Of a stretch of DNA of 64,000 nt, positions 12,601 to 25,218 are shown in pieces (position 1 is the stretch's first letter; every line of letters begins with the position of its first letter). Location: assembly GCA_028534125.1 (NCBI GenBank), contig CM052816.1:64792001-64856000 (forward strand). The letters are read 5' to 3'. The stretch is from Lama glama. Lineage: Eukaryota. The notes beneath the pieces were generated by a model. That model saw only the letters and a list, made by a program, of their open reading frames with translations. It was not told the DNA's origin and did not search any database. A program made the translations under genes and the position numbers.

Positions 12601-12899
12601 TCTCATGGATTGAGTAAATATAATCCTAATGGTAAGTGCCACTACCAATCAAAATAAATAAACTCAAAATTCTTTCTATAAATTTTTTGAAAAGGACTAT
12701 GAGTCGGATAAGGATATCTTCTTAGAAAATTTCTAGTGTAAATGAAAACCAGATGTCAACAGAATAGCTAAAAAATCAATCAGAATCCTAATAGGTTTTC
12801 CCCCCCTTCTATGTGGGGATACATTGAGTAGAAAGCTTTTACAGAAGAGCAAAAGTGAGGGAATTCAAAGGTTTTTTAAAAAGATGACCATAGATGACC

Positions 12900-13930
12900 T
12901 TGAAATACCAGAGATTTAAATTTAGTATTAATTGCCTAATTACAACAGTATAGTATTGCACAAGAATAAACAGATAGCTCAGTGGGATAAAAAAAGAGAG
13001 TTTAGAAACAGAATCAAGAAAGGTAATATGTAAGGTATATGTAAAATAGCATAATTGGCTTTACATTTGGGAGAAAGTGAAGTTAGAGATCTCCCTCATA
13101 CCATAAAAATTCCAGTTGAAGATTCAAATTTTAAATTCCTCTAAAATAGTAAAAGCAAAATATGATAAATATTTTTAATACCTAAGGATGGGGAAACTTT
13201 CTTAATTGAGGGAGTAAACATGGGAGCTATAAAGAAAAAAAGATGTATTTGTTTCCTTACAGCGATATCATAATCAACAACAAAACTTTGTATAGCTAGA
13301 GACCACCTAAAAATTGGTAAATCAGGAGAAAAGATTTCTAATATATTTGAAAAAGGATTAATATTCCATATTTATTCATTCAATCCTTATTTATTAAACA
13401 CATGGACTGTATGGCAGGCACTGTTCTTGGTTGTGGGGATACTAAACTAAGCAAAATTGAGTAACTTTTCTGACTTCTGTGCACTAAGATTCAAATTCTA
13501 GATTTAAACAGTTCTTAACATTGATTAAAAAAAAAGAGAGAAAGACAACCCAGAAAAAAAATGGCAGGTCTCAAATGAAGAAACGAAAATGACTAAAGAT
13601 AACAGCAGGAAAATGCAAACAAAATATGGAGATATCATTTCTTACACATAGATTGACAGGCACAAGGAAAACGATAATATCTAGGAATGGCCAAAGATAA
13701 GGCAGTAGGCTCATACAGCATGGGTGGGAGTAGGATGGCTACAACTGGTTTAAATACACTGATATTCTTTAGAAATCTCTTCTATCAAAAATAAATAAAT
13801 AAAGTATTGGTACCTTAGGAAATAAATAAAAGCATTGGTATGTTAGGTTATATAAACAAGGATGTGCTTGTGAAACAACGAACTGGAAACAGCTGCATGC
13901 CCATCAATTAGAAAATGGCTGGATAAATTA
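12900..13930 (+). mobile_element. Old, degraded L1M (ORF2 end region)
   Basis: A-rich sequence with L1 motifs such as acagtatagtattgcacaagaataaacagatag and aactggaaacagctgcatgcccatcaattagaaaatgg. Confidence 0.6.
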
Positions 13931-13936
13931 TGTTCA

Positions 13937-14051
13937 TTTGTTTTTTGTGGGGGGAGATAATGAGGTTTATTTTTAGAGGAAGTCCTGGATTGAAGTCAGG
14001 ACCTCCTGCATGCTAGGCATGCGCTCTACAACTTGAGCTATACCCTCCCCC
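13937..14051 (-). mobile_element. tRNA-Ala-derived SINE, camelid vic-1-like
   Basis: Reverse strand reads GGGGGAGGGTATAGCTCAAGTTGTAGAGCGCATGCCTAGCATGCAGGAGGTCCTGACTTCAATCC, then AAAAATAAACCTCATTATCTCCCCCC and an A-rich tail: A box, degraded B box and a non-tRNA tail. Confidence 0.8.
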
Positions 14052-14091
14052 TTGAATAAATCATGGAATTCATTCATTCATACGAATGGGC

Positions 14092-14717
14092 ATGTATTTG
14101 GAGGAAACTCTAATTTGAAAAGATACATGCACCCCAGCGTTCATAGCAGGACTTTTTACAATAGCCAAGACATGGAAACAATCTAAATGTCCATTGACAG
14201 ATGACTGGATAAAGAAGTTGTGATATATATATACAATAGAATACTACTCTGCCATAAAAAGTATAATTTAATGCCATTTGCAGCAACATGGATGAACCTG
14301 GAGATCGTCGGTCTAAGTGAAGTAAGCCAGAAAGAGGAAGAAAAATACCATATGATATCACTCATATGTGCAATCTTAAAAAAAAAGACACAAATGAACT
14401 TATTTACAAAACAGAAACTGACTCACAAGACATAGAAAACAAACTTACAGTTACCAGAGGGAAAAAAGGGTAGGAGGTGAAGGGATAAATTGGGAATTTG
14501 GGATTTGCAGAGGCTAACTACTATATAGATAAACAACAATATCCTACTGTATAGCACAGGGAACTATAGTCAGTATCTTGTAATAGCGTATAATGAAAAA
14601 ATATGAAAAGGAATATATATATGTGTGTGTGTATGTAATATATAAACACAGTCATTATGCTATATACCAATAATTAACACATTGTAAACCGACTATACTT
14701 CAATCAAAAAAAAAATA
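14092..14717 (+). mobile_element. 5'-truncated L1 (ORF2 C-terminus + 3'UTR + polyA) with TSD
   Basis: Encodes MPFAATWMNLEIVGLSEVSQKEEEKYHMISLIC (L1 ORF2p C-terminus); TSD GAATGGGC at 14084-14091 and 14718-14725. Confidence 0.92.
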
Positions 14718-15929
14718 GAATGGGCTAGGTCGACAGGTATTGACACAGATATCCTGGTATGTTCAGTGCAAAAGCAACTTGTAGGATAATGTGTATAATA
14801 TGGTTGATCTCATTTCTTAAAAAAGGAAGCAAGCAGCAACAGTAATAATAAACAACACATACATACAAAGGAAAGAATTCTATGTATGTGTGTATATGAG
14901 TGACAGCTGTGTGAGATTGGAGAGAGACAGGGCAGACTGTTGTATGTACTTTGGCATTTAATATGTTACAGTGTACACTATTCTGTAATTAAAGGTACAA
15001 ACAGAGGAACTGCTAACCAGCCTGAGTCAAATAATAGTCGTATTTACTTATATTTTGAAATACTGAGTCCCAGAGAGCCATGTCTTCATTCTTTTATAAA
15101 GTAATGCATAAAATACTATGTATTAAGTTTACTGAATAATGATTATGATAACCTAATCAACATAAAATAAATAAAAATCTTTTTTTATTACCTCTTTTTT
15201 CTTCTTCACCTCTCAACATACTTAGTCAAGACTGAAATGAAAGCTAAATGTTAGCAGAGAATGTTTAAAAAGCCCAAACAACCAATGATTAAAAGTAGGT
15301 GGAAATTGTTTAAATCCACGTTAATGTTCATAGGCTCTTGGTCTAATGAAATGACCATTTGACAAGGAGAGCTTAGAACAGGATTCCAGATCTTATTCTA
15401 ACACTAAGTACCTGACCTGTGCCAACTTGCGAGTCCTCCTTGGATCTTGATTTTGCCCCCGCACTTGCTTCCAGCTCCAGAATAGACTGAAACCATAATT
15501 TGTTTTAAGAGCTTATGCTGGAAATTTTATATATATTATCCTTTATGTTTGAGGAATGCTTTATCTCTTACAAAGGGCTTTTGTATTCATGGTCTTGTGA
15601 AACTTCATCGTAACCTGGTGAGGGAGAAGGGTGGAGAGTGAAGTTAAATCAACGTTCATGGACTCTTCATGGGCTCTCTTTCTACTGTTCATCATTTCAT
15701 TCTAGCCCATTTGCCCTGCTTTTCTTCTGTTTACATTCAGTCCCTCTTTCATCAACTCTTCTGATTTCTTCTCCAGCTTCCCTCCCCACTCTCTTCCACA
15801 TTTATCAGCACCATCAGCTAGTTCATACTTCCCAACTTTCAGGTTGGTAATTAGAATTGTGGATTGCTCCCATGGAGGATTTCAATATATGAGCATATGG
15901 GTGTATATGTGTTTGTGTGTTTTGGTTTT

Positions 15930-16810
15930 AGCCCTTTATTCAGCATAACATGTACAGAAAGGTGCACAAATTATGTGTATGACTCAATGAGTTTTCAGTG
16001 TGACCACCCCATGTAACAAAGCCCAGATCAAGAAAGATGCCATTACTGCACCCTAGAAGTACCTCCTTGCCCATCCCGGTCTCTAATTCCGTACAGATCA
16101 ACCACTATTACGATTTCTAATGCCATGACTAGTTTTGCCTGCTTTTAACCTGTATGTAAATATAATCATATAGTGTTTTTTTTTTGTATCTGGCCTTCTT
16201 ATATCAATATCACATTTTATCTTTGTTGTTCATCTGTGTTATTGCATGTAGCAATAGTTCATTCATTGTCATTTCTTTACAGCATTCCATTGCGTGAATA
16301 AATCACAGTTTATCTGTCCTCATGTTGGTTGACTTGGGTTGTTTTTGTCTGTTAAGAATGGTGCTATTATGAACAGTGTGGTTTTTGGGTGCACATTTTT
16401 CTGTTGGATATATACCTAAGAATGGAATTGCTGGGTTATATGGTGCTCATCTAGTTAGCTTTTGTAGGTACTGCTAACCTGTGTTGCAAAGTAGTAGTAC
16501 CGATTTATATCCTTTCCAGCAATGTATGAGATTCCCAGTTGCTCCACATACCAACTAGCTCGTAGTGTTGCCTATCTTTTCATTTTAGCCATTCTGTAGA
16601 CATGGAGTGGTAATGCACTGTAGATTCCTTTTGCATTTCATTGCTAATTAATGAGATTGAACATCTTTGCATTATGTTATGGTAAATTTGGAGATCCATT
16701 TATGTGAAGTGCCTGTTTAAGTCTTTTTCCATTTTTCTTTTGGAATGTCTGTCCTTTGTTTCTTGATTTGAATTTTTTGTATTGTTTTAGAAATTCTGGT
16801 TATATGTTAT
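15930..16810 (-). mobile_element. Old L1M 3' region
   Basis: Antisense L1 motifs ggatatatacctaagaatggaattgctgggttatatgg, ccagcaatgtatgagattcccagttgctccaca, ttttagccattctg. Confidence 0.8.
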
Positions 16811-18096
16811 CCTACTGTATGGTTTCTGTTGTTTTTGTAGGTCGTTTCGAGAAGTTAAAAAAGAAAAACCTTTTAATTCTAGACCAGCTCAATTTGGAGC
16901 ATGGCTTATTACAGTGTCAAATGAAGTAGAAAGGGTTATATGTGTAAGGCAAAAAGGTATTTGAATTTGTCCAGGAAGAAGACATGATTGGGAGTCAGAG
17001 CAGGGTTAAATTGCATGAAGTGAGAACGTGGTTAAGAAAAGTAGGAAAAGTGAAAGACCAGGTAAGCATTTGCACACCTCCTGTGTGTTGTGCCTGGTGC
17101 CGCGTATCCAGGGTGCATACCCTACTTGGGCCCTTGAAGCACCTGGTGTTGTATACTCAGGGATGATCACTGTGGCTGAGAAAGTTAGCCATCGAAAGTA
17201 GGAGAGAACTGCAGAGGTAGTCGGGCAGTAGAGAGTATGAAGAGAAACCTGGAAGAAGAAGCCTGATCAGAGGAGAAAACAAGGAACTAGTGTTGGGCAA
17301 AATAAAAAGAAAATGGTGAGGTCAGAACTATTGTGGAAAGAAAAAGGTGAAATCTGAAGAGCTGATTGCAGTAGGAAGGGAAGTGAAAAGTAAAAGATGC
17401 AGAGTCTGTAAAGTCATGCCCTTGAAAGAGAAGCGTGAGAGAGAGAAAGGTTTTAAGAGTGAGTCTGGGTTTTCAGGACTTCTAGGAGGACTGGCGGGAA
17501 GCCAAGGGTCCTAAGAAGAGGTTGGGTAATTATGTAGGAAGAACACCATCTGTGAACCTTTCCTTTCATGCAGGGATGGCTGATGATGGCGTGGGTGTCT
17601 AGTTTTGTTTGTTTGTTTTTTTCAATAGGAAAAAATTCTGTAGAATTTTTAAACATGCTTTGACATGAGGCACTATATCTTATGCATCGCTCATTTCCTC
17701 TCCCCATACAGTGCCTTTCATGTAATAAACAGTAAAACATTGCTGAACGGAGTTAAGTCACATTAAATGTAAGGCTCCAAGAAATGAATTATGCACATTG
17801 GGCTCAGTTTTACTCAGTTTTATTTTTGATCATGTGTTTCTCATTAATGTAAAATTCCACTCAGTTCCCATAATGGGACAACCTGATGGCAGTATCTCCA
17901 GTAAATATTTACTGGATGAATAAATGCATTTTTAAAAGTTACTTTAGAGTGTAAAGTTTGTAAATAAAAAAAGATTCAAGCCTTCGTCTTTTAAGTGGAA
18001 AAATTGCATTCATCGTCGTCAATATTTGGGTTGTAATAACCTTTAAAAAAAATCTCCATTGATTACTCAATGCCTTCGTCTCTTTTTTTCCCCTAG

Positions 18097-18362
18097 TGGA
18101 ATGAAACAGTTGAGCTTTTTCGCACTAGGATGCCATTACGGAAACATCGCTGTCGTTTCAAAAGTTACGAACATTGCTTCACAGCGGCTGAAGCTGTGGA
18201 CTGGCTGCACGAGCTGCTGAGGTGCAGCCAAAACTTTGGCCCCGAAGTGACCCGCAAACAAACAGTCCAGCTGCTAAAAAAATTCCTGAAGAATCACGTT
18301 ATCGAAGACATCAAGGGAAAATGGGGCCAGGAAGACTTTGAGGACAACCGTCACCTGTACAG
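18097..18362 (+). CDS. DEPDC1B: DEPDC1B exon 2, DEP domain ([37 protein letters not shown]...EDNRHLYR)
   Basis: Acceptor tctttttttcccctag|TGG, donor AG|gtaatg; 266 nt; DEP motif CF..EAVDWL; overlaps track ORF 18130-18366. Confidence 0.97.
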
Positions 18363-19819
18363 GTAATGGCAGCAAGTCAGCCCCGAAGGGGAGGAGAATA
18401 GGGAGGATGCGTGGGCTGGCTCGGTCTTTTGAAGGTTCCACATGTGCAAGACTTGACCTTGTCCCTTGGAGCGATGCTTCTACTTGAGAGTTGTTGAGTG
18501 GGGAGAGAACTGAATCTGTTGTTACAGTAAAACTGATTGCAGCGTTTCTTGGCTTCATAGAGTACCCCATTAGCAGGCACCTGTTGCAGTGGCTTTTCAG
18601 TAGGGAAACTTTTTTGTGCCTTTTGCTACTACTTTGGTTGTAGTAGCTCTGTACCTGTCCTGGAGAATCTGGAAGGGTGAAACAGAAGAGAAGCTCTGAC
18701 TTGCAGCTCTCTGAGCAATGTGAAGGTGTGTACCCAGGGGGTTAGTGACAGAGATGTCTCATCTTTAAGCAGAGCTCAGGGCCTGTAACGAATTGTACTA
18801 GAATTCGCTGATGTCTCCGATCAACCCTGCAATGCACGTCTGCTTTCCCGCAAACATTTTTGCTCATGTTTCTGTGCTGTTTTATGATTGATCACTCACT
18901 ACCAGATAATTTGAGGGCAAGGATGTCTCTCTGCTGACACTGCCCTTCTCTCTGGGTCTAGGCTGTTTTATTGCTGGAGATGAAGGGGACCTGCCTCAGG
19001 TTCAGGGAATGGGAGGAGACAAAGGAGGAATGAAATCACACAGGTCCAGAAAAGAATTGCTGAGTTATCTGCCAAGAGGCCTACCAAAGTGTCGTGAACA
19101 CATATATATGCACTCCTAATATTTGCTGTCTTTCACTCCAACAGAAGAATAAGGAATGCTCTTACCACGTATTTTGTGAGGGCATTTGGAGGCTGCCAGA
19201 ATACCTAGCCCTGAGCAGAGAAAACCCGACTGCTTCCTACCTGAATCATTTCTTTCTTCGTGGAAGGAACCCCCCCCCGCCTTTTTCTATATTGAAACTT
19301 TATTACAAAATGATAAAGCAGAGCTCTAACAAAAAATACACATTTGGGTTTGGTTTAACACCCAAGTAAGTCTGAGAAAATCCTAACTTAAGCCACTTAA
19401 AATAACACATTCACATCCGAAAGATTTCAGCAGATTTATACAGTATCTGTGGAGCACCAGTTCCTGTATGGCTTATCCTGACTGGTTTGGATCCAGCTAT
19501 TCCAATGTGTTGGTTCTTTTGTGGACTAGCTGCTAAGAACGGTTGCAGAGCCTGGGGAGGGGGTCACCAGCACCAAGGCTGAGACCAGGTGAGGCTGGAC
19601 GTCTAGGATCTGACTTCCTCCTGAATTTCATCAGCAGCCTCCATCTTCTAGATAGTAAGATTGTCTTTCCCTTTGGCAGTTATATCTGGCTTGCTGATCC
19701 AACTTTAAATTAGGATCTTGGGTGATTTTAGTCTATTCTGAGACCATAGTGCTTGTTAGTATCAGGCAGTGGAAGTGCTAGCTCTGGTTCCACACACCAC
19801 ACATTATTGGAGATTCTTA

Positions 19820-19930
19820 TTTTTTTATTTAATTGAATTGTAGTCAGTTACAATGTGTCAGTTTCTGGTGTACAGCACAATGTCCCAGACATGCATATAG
19901 ATACATATATTTGTTTTCATATTCTTTCAC
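19820..19930 (-). mobile_element. Short L1 3' end with TSD
   Basis: T-rich tail + gtagtcagttacaatgtgtcagtttctggtgtacagc; TSD TGGAGATTCTTA (19808-19819) / TGGGGATTCTTA (19931-19942). Confidence 0.85.
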
Positions 19931-20849
19931 TGGGGATTCTTAAGTGATTATTTCTTCTGGGAAACTAATTGCTTGTACCCCATCAAGATTTAGCTAGTAC
20001 TCTTCTAAAAGACTATCTGGATGAGTAACTTGCAATCTGTTCTGTTGTGACCTTAAACTGGGTACCATCCACTGAGTCCTACGAGGCTTCAGGAGTTGTC
20101 AGGAGAATGAAATAGCAGCCTGCTCCGGGAGCCAACCACCCAGGCCTGACTGTCACAGCCTGTTTCACTTCAATATGAAGAGTTCATCACTCGTCCCCCT
20201 TTAAAAAAATAAAGTTCACAGATAGATGAAATTCACCCATGAAATAACAATTTTTTAACCCCCATTTTCTCTTATAAAGAGATTTCTTACTTGTGAGTCG
20301 GAAAGGGAGCTGTATTTTCCTTGATTATTTTACCACCTGAAAACTCACAGCTTTTCATTTTCCCGAGTGCAAGTTCTGTAAGTAAACAACCGATGTTTGA
20401 TGTCCTCAGTTTAATCTGGGATGAAATCTGTTTAGATACCTGAGTTGTTTGTCAGGGAGCATGTGCCTTGAGCTGAGAGTAAGCTAGTGAATGTGGAGGC
20501 CGCTGCTGCAATGCGGGCAGCTTTGGGGACGAGCGTACAGCTCAGGATCAGCCAGTTCCCTGCCAGCGCCCTCGGGGAAGTGTAGGGGCAGGTTGCCCTA
20601 CCTGCTCCACATCCACCTGTTTTTCATACTGGAGTAGTACCACTGCCAAATTATGAAGAAAGCAGATGAGGGAGATGAGGAGCTAGAGGCAGATCACTTT
20701 TGAAAATAGATGGAGAGTCAATAAGGTGGAGAAACTCCCGAAATGCTTCTAAATATCAAGCTTCCTGGAAGAGGAACCTTTATAAGTAGTGTCAAAGAGG
20801 TTGGAATGGACAGCTAAGAGTTCTTGCTGGGAAAGAAGGAACTAACATT

Positions 20850-21060
20850 TTCTAGCACCTGTGGTGCACCTGACACTGCATAATCATCACTTTACTCAAC
20901 ACTTGCAGATGTGGGTGTGGGTGGTAATATCCTAATCTTAAAGATTAGGAAATTGATGGGGCCAAAGTTACTGACTTGTCCGAAGTCACTCAGCTAGTAG
21001 TAAAAGGGTCAGGATTCAAACAGAGATCTCTCTCTCTGAAGCCTGTGTTCTTGTGGTATG
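20850..21060 (-). mobile_element. MIR SINE
   Basis: gattaggaaattgatggg...gacttgtccgaagtcactcagctagtagtaaaagggtcaggattcaaac. Confidence 0.65.
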
Positions 21061-22040
21061 TCAGAATGCCTCCATTTCCACAGTGTGAGGTTGATGTAGT
21101 TTATTAAATTAGTGACTGAATGATTAAACATACGATAATAAGCAAGAAACTTTTGGTGTAGTCAGATTCACAGAATTCTTGTAATGTATTAAGTATTATC
21201 TAGTACATATTAAGTGATCAGCTGTCTTCTCAAATAAAGGAGGTAAGTTAAACACAATCAGCTTAAATACTTATAAACATAGCAGGGGCTAGGTGGTTTT
21301 CTGGGACTGTGAGTTACAGAAAGGCATAGTTAGAGAAAGCAACATGAAATATAAAGACTCCATATTTTTTAACGACAGGAATTATACAAACACACATGCA
21401 CACACACGCACGCACGCACACACATGAACACACAGGAGAATTTTATAACAGAAATGATGAGTTAAGCTTTTATTTTGGAATGTGTCCAATCTTATTTCTT
21501 TTTCTTTCTTTTTTTTTTAAAGTCAACAACAATTTTTACTGGCTACCTAGTATTCCTTTGCATGTCTGTATTAGTCTTTTTTTTTTTTTTTTTGAAGTTA
21601 CATCTGGGTCTTTATTATCTATCCTTCCAAATGGTTTCCTTAGGGAGCTGTGCTCTTAGGTCAATGATGTGGCCATTGTTTACATGTTTGTCTTTCTTTG
21701 GGATTACCTTCAGAAACCATTTATGAGCCACAGAAGTCAGTCCTATTTCTTTTGTTTTTTAACATTTTTTTTATTGAGTTATAGTCATTTTACAATGTTG
21801 CGTTAAATTCCAGTGTAGAGCACAACTTTTCAGTTATACATGAACATATATATATATTCATTGTCACATTTTTTTTCGCTGTGAGCTACCATAAGATCTT
21901 GTATATATTTCCCTATGCTATACAGTATAGTCTTGTTTATCTATTCTGCATTTTAAACTCCCGGTCTGTCCCTTCCCACCCCCCACCCCCTTGGCAACCA
22001 CAAATTTGTATTCTATGTCTATGAGTCTGTTTCTCTTTTG

Positions 22041-22043
22041 TAT

Positions 22044-22093
<50 letters not shown>
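22041..22093. repeat. (TATT)n tetranucleotide microsatellite, about 13 units, inside the L1
   Basis: Directly visible perfect repeat. Confidence 0.95.
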
Positions 22094-22095
<2 letters not shown>

Positions 22096-22143
22096 GATTC
22101 CACATATGAGCGATCTCATATGGTATTTTTCTTTCTCTTTCTG

Positions 22144-22643
22144 NNNNNNNNNNNNNNNNNNNNNNNNNNNNNNNNNNNNNNNNNNNNNNNNNNNNNNNNN
22201 NNNNNNNNNNNNNNNNNNNNNNNNNNNNNNNNNNNNNNNNNNNNNNNNNNNNNNNNNNNNNNNNNNNNNNNNNNNNNNNNNNNNNNNNNNNNNNNNNNNN
22301 NNNNNNNNNNNNNNNNNNNNNNNNNNNNNNNNNNNNNNNNNNNNNNNNNNNNNNNNNNNNNNNNNNNNNNNNNNNNNNNNNNNNNNNNNNNNNNNNNNNN
22401 NNNNNNNNNNNNNNNNNNNNNNNNNNNNNNNNNNNNNNNNNNNNNNNNNNNNNNNNNNNNNNNNNNNNNNNNNNNNNNNNNNNNNNNNNNNNNNNNNNNN
22501 NNNNNNNNNNNNNNNNNNNNNNNNNNNNNNNNNNNNNNNNNNNNNNNNNNNNNNNNNNNNNNNNNNNNNNNNNNNNNNNNNNNNNNNNNNNNNNNNNNNN
22601 NNNNNNNNNNNNNNNNNNNNNNNNNNNNNNNNNNNNNNNNNNN
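22144..22643. other. Assembly gap (500 N)
   Basis: Run of exactly 500 N. Confidence 1.
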
Positions 22644-23246
22644 ATTCCCACCAGCAGTGTAGGAGGGTTCCCTTTTCTCCACAGCCTCTCCAGCATTTGT
22701 CATTTGTGGACTTTTGAATGATGGCCATTCTGACTGGTGTGAGGTGATACCTCATTGTAGTTTTGATTTGCATTTCTCTGATTCCAGTCTTATTTCTAGT
22801 TTAAAAAATTGTATGTCGTATCTGTGTAACTGCATTTACATTTGTTGACTATGATTTTATTTTTCAATAATCCAGGAGTTAAGCGTAGAAAATAGGAGGA
22901 AATAGTAAATTTTAGTGTGTAAGAAAAGGAATCAAGATCCTAATATCTGAATGTCCGTAACAATCAGAGGAGATGTTGAAGATAAGTGCCTAGAGCTATT
23001 TACTGAATCACTTCTTTCCTGTTACTAATACCAGTGGCTAGAGACAGTTCTGGATTTGCTGGTAGTGAAGACAATTTTAGATTTCACTTTGAAAGGGTCC
23101 TCATAGCTCAGCCAGATGCTGTCATCTGTGTCTAACAAAGCTTCCTGGCCCTAGACTTCTAATGAAGAGAACCAGTTGCACCTCCTTGTGTTTTGGTAAG
23201 AAATTTCGGTTTATGAAGCATGTTCCCTTTATGATATCATTTGATC

Positions 23247-25100
23247 TTTTTTTTTTCATTTTTATTGAAGTATAGTCCGTTTACAATGTTGTGTCAATTT
23301 CTGGTGTACAGCACAATGCTTCAGTCATACATGAATTACATAGATTTATTTTCATATTCTTTTTCACCATAGGTTGCTACAAGATATTGAATATAGTTCT
23401 CTGTGCTATACAGTATGAACTTGTTGTTAATCTATTTTATATATTTGTATCTACAAATCTCAAACTCCCAATTTATCCCTTCTCCACCCCTAGTAACAAT
23501 AAGTTTGTTTTCTGTCTGTGAGTCTGTTTCTGTTTTGTGAATAAGTTCATTTGTCTTCTTTTTTTTCTCAAGATTCCACATATAAGTGATATCATATGGT
23601 ATTTTACTGGTTTGATAATTTTCTTTTGTATTAGCTTGGTATCTTTTTGGTTTCTGTGACTGTATTGTATGCTTTTGACTTGTGGTTACCTTGTATTTAT
23701 ATCCCTTACTATATCTGTTTGCTTTAGACTGGTAGTCATGTAGGCTCAAACACATCCTAAAAAGAATGAAGAAAGAAAACAGAAAAAAAAAGTGAGAGGA
23801 AAAGAAATCTATATTTTCTCGCTCCCCTTTCCCACCTTTTAGGATTTTGATGTCCTTTTTTTTTTCTAAACATCTTTATGTTTATTCTCTTGCAGCTCAT
23901 TGTAGTTATTACATTTCCAATTATGTTTTTCTCATTTCTATGTCTTCCTGCTTCTTTTCTATTTAGAATAGACCTTCCAACATTTCTTTTAGCATAGGTT
24001 TAATATTGCTGAACTCTTAGTTTCTGCTTGTTTGTGAAATTCTTTATCTCTCTTTCTACTCTAAAGGATAGTCTTGCCAGATAGAGTGTCCTGGATTGCA
24101 GCTTTTTCTCATTCAGGACTTTGAATACATCTTGCCAATCCTTTCTGGGCTGCAGTGTTTGTGTAGAGAAATCAGCTGAAAGCCTTATGGGTGTTTGCCT
24201 GGAACTAACTCTTTGTTTTTCTCTTGCTGCCTTTAGAATCATTTCTTTATCTTTAACTTTGGCCATCTTAATTATAATATGTCTTGGTGTAGGTCTATTA
24301 GGATTCTTCTTGTTTGGGACCCTCTGTGCTTTCTGTACTTGAATATCTATTTCCTTTAAGTTTGGAAAGTTTTCAGTCATGATTTCTTCAAATACCTTTT
24401 CAGTTCCCTTTTCTCTTTCTTCTCCTTCTGGGACCCCTATTATGCATAGGTTGGCATGCTTTATATTATCCCATAGGTCCCTCATGTTGCTTTCATTGGT
24501 TTTTACTTGCTTTTCTGTCTGCTGTTGTGATTGGGTGACTTCTGTTATCCTGTCTTCTAAGTTACTTACTCGTTCTTCTGCATTATCTGGTCTCTTTTTG
24601 ACTGCCCTTAGCTTGGCTATTGTCTCAGCCATTGACTTTTCCATTCTTAATTGGCTCCTCTTTATAGTTTCTACTTTCTTTTTAAAGTATTCTCTGCTGC
24701 TATTTACAGCCTCTGTTATTCTCTTCAGTAGTCTTCTTACCTCTTTTTTGAAGTCATGATCTAGTAGATTGTTGAGGTCTATCTCATTGTTCATTCTTCC
24801 AGGAGATTGCTCTTGTTCCTTTAATTGGGAGTGGTTGCTCTGCATCTTCATTTTATTTATATTTCTCTGGCTGTATGATTTAGGAATATCAGTTATCTAC
24901 TGTGGTCTTGAAAGGCTGTTTTTTGTTTGTTTTTATTTAAAGTGGGAGGCTTCCTGTGTAGACTGTTCATCTAATAGTTTGGTTGCAAGGGCTGTTCTTA
25001 GTATGGATGGTTGCCACATCTTTCTTCCGTGTGTGTTGGCTGTTATCCCTTTGATTGGGGTGCGGCTGGTGTTGGGATCAGAGCATGCCCTGATTGTGTA
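23247..25100 (-). mobile_element. L1-derived element: part of the 5'UTR + ORF1 + inter-ORF spacer joined directly to the L1 3' end; ORF2 absent
   Basis: PolyT + 3'UTR at 23247-23605, spacer at about 23606-23960, ORF1 at 23963-24851, 5'UTR-like sequence to about 25100. Confidence 0.85.
23963..24851 (-). pseudogene. LINE-1 ORF1p (coiled coil, RRM, CTD), open for 283 codons with a frameshift near the C-terminus
   Basis: Motifs MRDLWDNIKHANLCIIGVPEGEE, IMTENFPNL, TPRHIIIK, ILKAAREK, PIRLSADFS, YLARLSF. A 2-nt loss near 24016-24020 cuts off the expected tail EFSNIKPMLKEMLEGLF* (stop at 23963-23965). Confidence 0.92.
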
Positions 25101-25218
25101 TGTGAACAGACAGTTGTGATGGATTGTTTAAACCTAATGTCATGGGTTATATAAAGATTGAAGTATGGATTATGATCACTGCTTATTTTGGACTATTTAC
25201 TGAAGAAAGTGTTTGGCC

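Larger units (their letters stand above)
21751..22784 (-). mobile_element. Young 5'-truncated L1 spanning an assembly gap, with TSD
   Basis: Minus strand encodes [43 protein letters not shown]...QKEKEKYHMRSLICGI (L1 ORF2p Cys-rich C-terminus); TSD CAGTCCTATTTCT (21738-21750) / CAGTCTTATTTCT (22785-22797). Confidence 0.93.

Noticed and set aside
13975..14051. Possible tRNA-Ala gene (also 63812-63909)
   Set aside because: The acceptor stem does not pair, the B box or anticodon arm is damaged, and a SINE-type tail follows. These are tRNA-derived SINEs.
18130..18366. ORF MPLRKH... as a standalone gene
   Set aside because: It is part of DEPDC1B exon 2; the true start is in exon 1 at 9646, and the stop arises only by reading into the intron.
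22084..22773. Five long ORFs (180-229 aa) in the track
   Set aside because: Artefacts of reading through 500 N; the real residues are L1 ORF2p C-terminal fragments or their antisense.
24121..25119. Hydrophobic plus-strand ORFs (73-126 aa)
   Set aside because: Antisense shadows of the A-rich L1 ORF1 and 5'UTR.
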